DNA of 54,000 bases, counting the filler, from Basidiobolus ranarum (Eukaryota), in the NCBI GenBank assembly GCA_040143965.1. It is 4 parts of 4 records of this genome, joined end to end, with 100 filler letters (N's around TTAATTAATTAA, not from the genome) between each part and the next. Parts side by side here need not be neighbours in the genome. Positions count along the whole stretch, not along the records: positions 40,597 to 54,000 come from JASJQH010000485.1; 3 more parts are not named here. One strand, given 5' to 3'. The notes below the pieces were generated by a model. The model was not told the DNA's origin. It saw nothing but the letters and a program-made list of their open reading frames with translations, and did not search any database. Shown piece by piece: positions 48,809-54,000 of the stretch. The number at the start of each line of letters is the position of its first letter. Positions within the stretch are counted from its first letter, which is position 1. The position numbers were made by a program, and so were the translations under genes.

Positions 48809-49501
48809 TAAAGGGGTTTAAATTTTTAGGTTATTGAGTTTAGGTGAGAAATAAGCAATCCCTATTTGCGCATATTCCCGTTGCCAATTGATTATATAGT
48901 GGATGAGTATTTTGAGTGTCACTTCGACTGTTGAGAAGTTTACGTAATAACAGGCGGTCCATGATTGTAACATAACAACAATCAATCCATATGGTTTGGC
49001 AACTCTCTTGGTATTGTTTCAAACGTGATGCTAACTACTTCAACATCAATGGGCGAGGTAATTTCATGCAAATCAGTGTATCTCCAAACATATGCCTAGT
49101 TCTACATGAACTAAACATGATCCAAAGATAACAGCCAGAGCCAAGCATCGGACCAGCTTTGCTTACTACATTAATCGCACAAAGGATGTAGTGGTATATA
49201 TAACATAGATGTACAGCTGCCTGTATAGCCATATGTTGATTAATTAAAGTAAATTGCCATCTGTTTAGCCACCGATCTCGCCATAAACGACGAAATCTTT
49301 CCCCCATACTTTTGTGACCCTAACACTGTCACTTTAGCCATTCCATGCTATAATATTACTCAATATATCTTCCGACCACCAACACAGCATGGTCCGACAC
49401 ATAATCAAATAGTCCGATCTCCGTGTATTCGTTACTTCGTCCAAATGTAGTATAAAAGCGGGGTCAAGTGCGCTATTTCATTACCATCTACTATCCCAAA
49501 G

Positions 49502-49812
49502 ATGACATTCACATTCAAAATTACCACTTCTCGTTCGATCACTTGCGATTTTTGTCTCAAACCACACAATATTGTTGACTGTCAGCGAGCACAGCAAGAA
49601 TTGGACAAAATTCTAGGACAAAGTGAGAGCACTGTTTACTTGGACCAATGTGTAATTGAGACCGAGGCGATTGGGTATCGTTTGGATTCAGCTCGATTGA
49701 TAACAATTGTTGATCGATTACTCAAGAGTCGATTGACTAAGCAGGTATGTTTCTCCTAACCCTAAGTGTTTCTCACTTTGAGGTTTTGCCTCCTTTGTAG
49801 AGCCAATACTAA
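49502..49812 (+). CDS. Small protein with zinc-knuckle-like C-x2-C-x3-H-x4-C motif
   Basis: TATAAAA at 49451; ATG at 49502; CDFCLKPHNIVDC; probable GTATGT...TGTAG intron at 49745-49800 followed by SQY*. Confidence 0.55.
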
Positions 49813-50448
49813 TACAGCTCCACAGGAATTTGTAGATAAACCTCAATAACCTAAACCTCTTCCACTCCTCCCTTCACATATATAAATATATACACATATT
49901 GAATCTGCTCTATAATCTTAACACTTCAACTTCACTGCATTGATTTTCCGAATATTAGCGTTTATGTATTCCATCACGTGATAATAAAACTCATTATTAT
50001 ACTCATAGTTTCTGACCCTATAATAAGACTAGTGTTCGATAAAGTAATGTTACAAAATATACAGATCACGAATGCACACGAAAGACTACTCGCACGCACA
50101 GCAAGTGCATCCTACGTATCGCTTAGGGGCGGCTTACATGTCGAGAGATATCGGTTTCTTGGGTGGCATCCTCGGACCAAACTGGTATAGGACACCTTCA
50201 ACTTCCCCTCACTCCACATGTATTACTATGTATGATAAATTCCTACGAGATTTCATAGTTGAACTCACATTGTGAGAGATATGTCCTTCAAGGTGAGTTC
50301 TGGGTGGCGATGCAGTTCATAATTTAACTGAATTAGTCAATATAGGGGTAAGGTTGAAGTTAAATAGCGATGCTTATAGCCATATTCTTTTTTCGTATTC
50401 TTCCTGTCATTACAATTCAATCATACCTTACCTAAATAACACTACTGA

Positions 50449-50946
50449 ATGTTCAAAAGTGAGAAAGATTCGGTGATTGTTCCTGAATCCAAGTCTGATT
50501 TATACCCAAAATCTCCAATACCAGCTTGGGATATTCTACCCCCTGAGTTGCGTTATGATCCAGGGTCTGTTGAGTACGAAGTGACAGCCAACTTCATGCG
50601 ATATTCAATTCCAGATCCTTTACCTAAAAGCTCTCTTCCACATACATTAATCCGAGGTTCCATGAACCAACCCACCATAAAACTTCAACCACCCTCAATA
50701 TGTTATTCCGAAGAGATTGAAATTCGTTCCGATCCCTATCCCATTCCTACTGGGAGTATTTTATTTTTGATGGGATTTTTGGTATTTCCATGTTGGTGGG
50801 TAGGTGCGATTTACCCTTACGATCCATCTAACAGATTGGAGATGAAGTGGCGGTTATATAACAGAATGATTTCCATCATCTCTTTATTTATCTTAGGCTT
50901 TAGTTTGGGGGCGATCAGTTGGTATGTTAAAAAACTTCCACCATAA
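50449..50946 (+). CDS. Small Pro-rich protein with two C-terminal hydrophobic segments
   Basis: 165-aa ORF; LFLMGFLVFPCWWVGA hairpin followed by WRLYNR and a second TM segment. Confidence 0.75.
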   Translation: MFKSEKDSVIVPESKSDLYPKSPIPAWDILPPELRYDPGSVEYEVTANFMRYSIPDPLPKSSLPHTLIRGSMNQPTIKLQPPSICYSEEIEIRSDPYPIPTGSILFLMGFLVFPCWWVGAIYPYDPSNRLEMKWRLYNRMISIISLFILGFSLGAISWYVKKLPP

Positions 50947-51459
50947 CCTTCAATCCGATTCATTTTGTTCCTCAACTGCATACTGCCGGTCAGTAGTTGC
51001 TTATGTAAGCTTATATTGTACATTTCTCACCATCTTTATTTCATACTTTAAGAAGTTAAAATAAGCCAATAAACACAACACAGCAAGTTTCATGTAGTTA
51101 ATTAACCATATAGTTGAGTGTTAGTTTATACTATACTTCAACTCCATTTCGGAAACAAGCACTAGTGGCTTCTACTTATTCTTTGTATGTAGTCGATATA
51201 TGTGCCATTCCATAGAAACATGACATTCACAATTCTGCGCAATTGTTGTTCTACCAGGTAAAATACTATAAATAACAAACATCTGAAACTCTAGCGTCCA
51301 AGCACTACATCTTATCATATCTAATGCATTTATTATTTGGCATTGCAAAGAGTTAGGAAACCTGCTGAGAACTTTAAAAATAAAGAATAGACATTGGTAT
51401 TGAGAGTATGTTGTGATTATACCCTTCCAGTATAGTATAAAATAAATTATCACCATCGT

Positions 51460-54000
51460 GAATTACCTGACTATCCTGATCTTACTTGGAGGACATCATA
51501 ATATGGTATGATAATTCTTAGATAGATTGATGTAATTCTTCACAGCTACATTCAGCACTCAACACTTTTGGAGGATCTCAAAGTTTTCACAAAGGGATTT
51601 TAGGCAATGGATTCATATCTATCTGCAATATTTGACATTGTTGTACAATTATGGTACCATGAGGCAGGCCTACTAGTTAGCTTCTTTTGAAGCTTATTAC
51701 ACTTATTATGTAGCTGTCTCAGTATATTTTACCTTATCAATGAAAATACAAGCAATTTGAGCCAGATCAGGTCCACTTTCTCTGCAACAACCTCTCAGAA
51801 GACCATCATTAAATCATTAGTTTGTATATTGTTGGAACTCATGCTGTTCAACATATGGCCTAACAATGGTGTTCCAACAGTATTAATCAGGTCAAATTAT
51901 TGATCCTAAGTTTATCATATGCATCACTCAATACTATTCAAATTTATTAAAAACTCCTTTTTTGACTGACTTATTGATACATTTACTGCTTTATGAATGC
52001 AGATTAACTTATAAGCCTTTATTAATGCTCTTTTGACTATGTAATCCAGCCATATAGAAAGTCTGAAATTGTAGGAACTTGCTGCTTTTGGTCTCTGCAT
52101 ATGCAGATATCTATCATGAATATCAAAATGCATTGGTAAACATTTAATTAGAGAAAAATTGCTAAACATCTAAAACTTTGACTAACACTGACTCTTGGTA
52201 AGTAGCCAACATATATCATAATTGCTAATCAGAATAAACTCCTAAATATATGCATACATTGGTAAAGTATTGAATTTAAATAACATCAATAATTGACAAA
52301 ATTCCTATAACAAGTAGAAGTATCACTGCCCTATTATATCTTCCCATGACTAAAACCAGTGTATTATATATCATCAATATCTCATCAAGTAGCCACTTTG
52401 GCAGCTTTCATAGAAATATCAACAAATTTCTGCAACTGCAAGAAAGTTTAAATATAGATATACTTACAATCTGTAGCTTTTGTGGGGCTGATATAACTGC
52501 ACTTAATCAATGTAAAAGCCTATAAACACACCAACATGAGCACTGTCTAGAACAAACACTATTGTCTAGAGCTTCCTTAAGCCATTGTGTTAGGTCCTTC
52601 ACTGATTTTCTGTTTTATTGTTCATGCAACCAACATGCATATCACTTGGAGTATCATCCTGCCACAAGCAAGCTCCACTAGGAGCATTCAAATTGTATAT
52701 CATCAGTTTGTCATCCTGGAGAAACTTGATAAGAGTCTTCTGCTTTGCTGAATGATTGCAGCCATTAAGTGCAGATTTGCAGGACTGCTTAAGCAGAAGA
52801 TATTAACTGGTCATATATAAGTACTCTCAGACTTAGAATTTCTGTAATTTGCTATTCAAAAGTATAAGTGCTCAGCTAGGCAGCTAGTCATGGTGTTTGT
52901 AGCAGCTAGTGGACAACATGCTTTAGAAGGAACACTAGAATGCATATGCAATATTTCTAGTAATACACTATGCAGGGACAAGAATCCAGCTTTTATGGAG
53001 ACAAATACCAAGGCAAAAGGCTCAGCTTGCTTTTTTTATACTTCTTGATAGCAAGCAAAATTAGTCAGTGCCAAGTTAAGCCCTGAAACAATTTTGAGGA
53101 TTGTGATTGTAAGAAAACCATTACAATTTTAATTAATTTTGGCTTGACTGTTTACTGACCATCATAAAATTGTCAAGCAACATTTGCTGTTAATCAATTT
53201 TTTCAGTATCATGAGTAAAATTTCAAGATCTTTCAAAATAGTTGCACATGATTGGATACAATCTCAGAAAACTATGAATCCACACATGTGCAAAAAATGT
53301 AACTCAAATTTTAAACATTTACAACTTGAATGCTAATTTGTCACCTTTAAAATCTCTAGTTTCTTTGATACATTCTCCTGAAGATTTTTATAGAGTTCTT
53401 CATACCCAAGGTTTAGCTCATATCCAACACAAGTTTATAAAAATAACTCCATCAAAGCCCACCATTGTATTAACATTGCTGAATCAACATTCTTGCAGCT
53501 ATCTGGTAGATATCCTGCAATATTGTACCACTCTGTATTAGGTTCTTCCCAGATATCTGCATAGTCAATACTGTTGAAGTTTATTGTCTTTATCATATTT
53601 GTTATCTTTATCTTTATACACCTAACTATTTCATATATCACATATAAGTTAGTTTACATTACTTAGTCAAATATCACTTAACTGAAAATCAGAACATATA
53701 TTATATAATTATGTGAACAATGTGAGAATTAGCAATTCCTTATTGGAAATTTCAAACTTGTCCAAATTGCCCCAAATATAGCTCATTTTACTCTCACAGA
53801 TGTTCTGAACACAACCCCAGTGTTGGTTTTCTGTATTTCCACCAAAATGTATAAATGCTTTATTTCTGGACAAAAAATCATTATCTCACAAAGCTATTCA
53901 CAACTCCACATTTCTAAAGTTCCTACAAACAGCCCATATTTTCCCAATAGGTTATGAGCCCTGTGTTCTAACCTTTACAGCATGACAGAAACCACAACTA
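51460..54000. repeat. CpG-free degenerate tract, probable decayed transposon or repeat
   Basis: No CpG found by eye in about 2.5 kb; abundant TG/CA; no credible ORF. Family not recognisable. Confidence 0.55.

Noticed and set aside
51826-51845. TGTTGGAACTCA as a decayed hAT RWNS motif
   Set aside because: Too short, and no other transposase motifs could be aligned, so the family is left unassigned.

Overview
Eukaryotic genomic DNA from a fungus: short GT-AG introns, TATA boxes and AT-rich intergenic DNA. The gene content suggests an early-diverging lineage such as Zoopagomycota/Basidiobolus, but that is inference. The window is not one locus. Three identical 100-bp spacers (N44-TTAATTAATTAA-N44) join four contigs of about 13.4 kb in descending size order, so linkage holds only within a contig. 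Contig 1 (1-13441): YCF1/MRP-type ABCC transporter (partial), an Ssh4/Ear1-like SPRY membrane protein, an AA11 LPMO with a CBM5/12 chitin-binding tail, and a KP4 killer-toxin-like secreted protein. Contig 2 (13542-26978): two members of an unrecognised Cys-bounded repeat family, tRNA-Arg(CCT), an MCT-type MFS pseudogene, a subtilisin pseudogene with an inverted copy of its promoter, an M28 membrane peptidase, a 7TM-like protein and a partial alkaline-phosphatase-superfamily gene. Contig 3 (27079-40496): Mpv17/Sym1, a Pcl-type cyclin, two tandem secreted 25x(Gxxx) glycine-zipper proteins, a DEDDh exonuclease and partial ThrRS. Contig 4 (40597-54000): a foldback element, two chitin deacetylases flanking a Cys-rich membrane protein and a GPR1/FUN34/YaaH acetate transporter, two small genes and a CpG-free degenerate tract. 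The best candidates for undescribed systems are the chitin-deacetylase/acetate-permease cluster, the secreted glycine-zipper pair, the KP4 + LPMO-CBM5/12 pair and the Cys-bounded repeat family.
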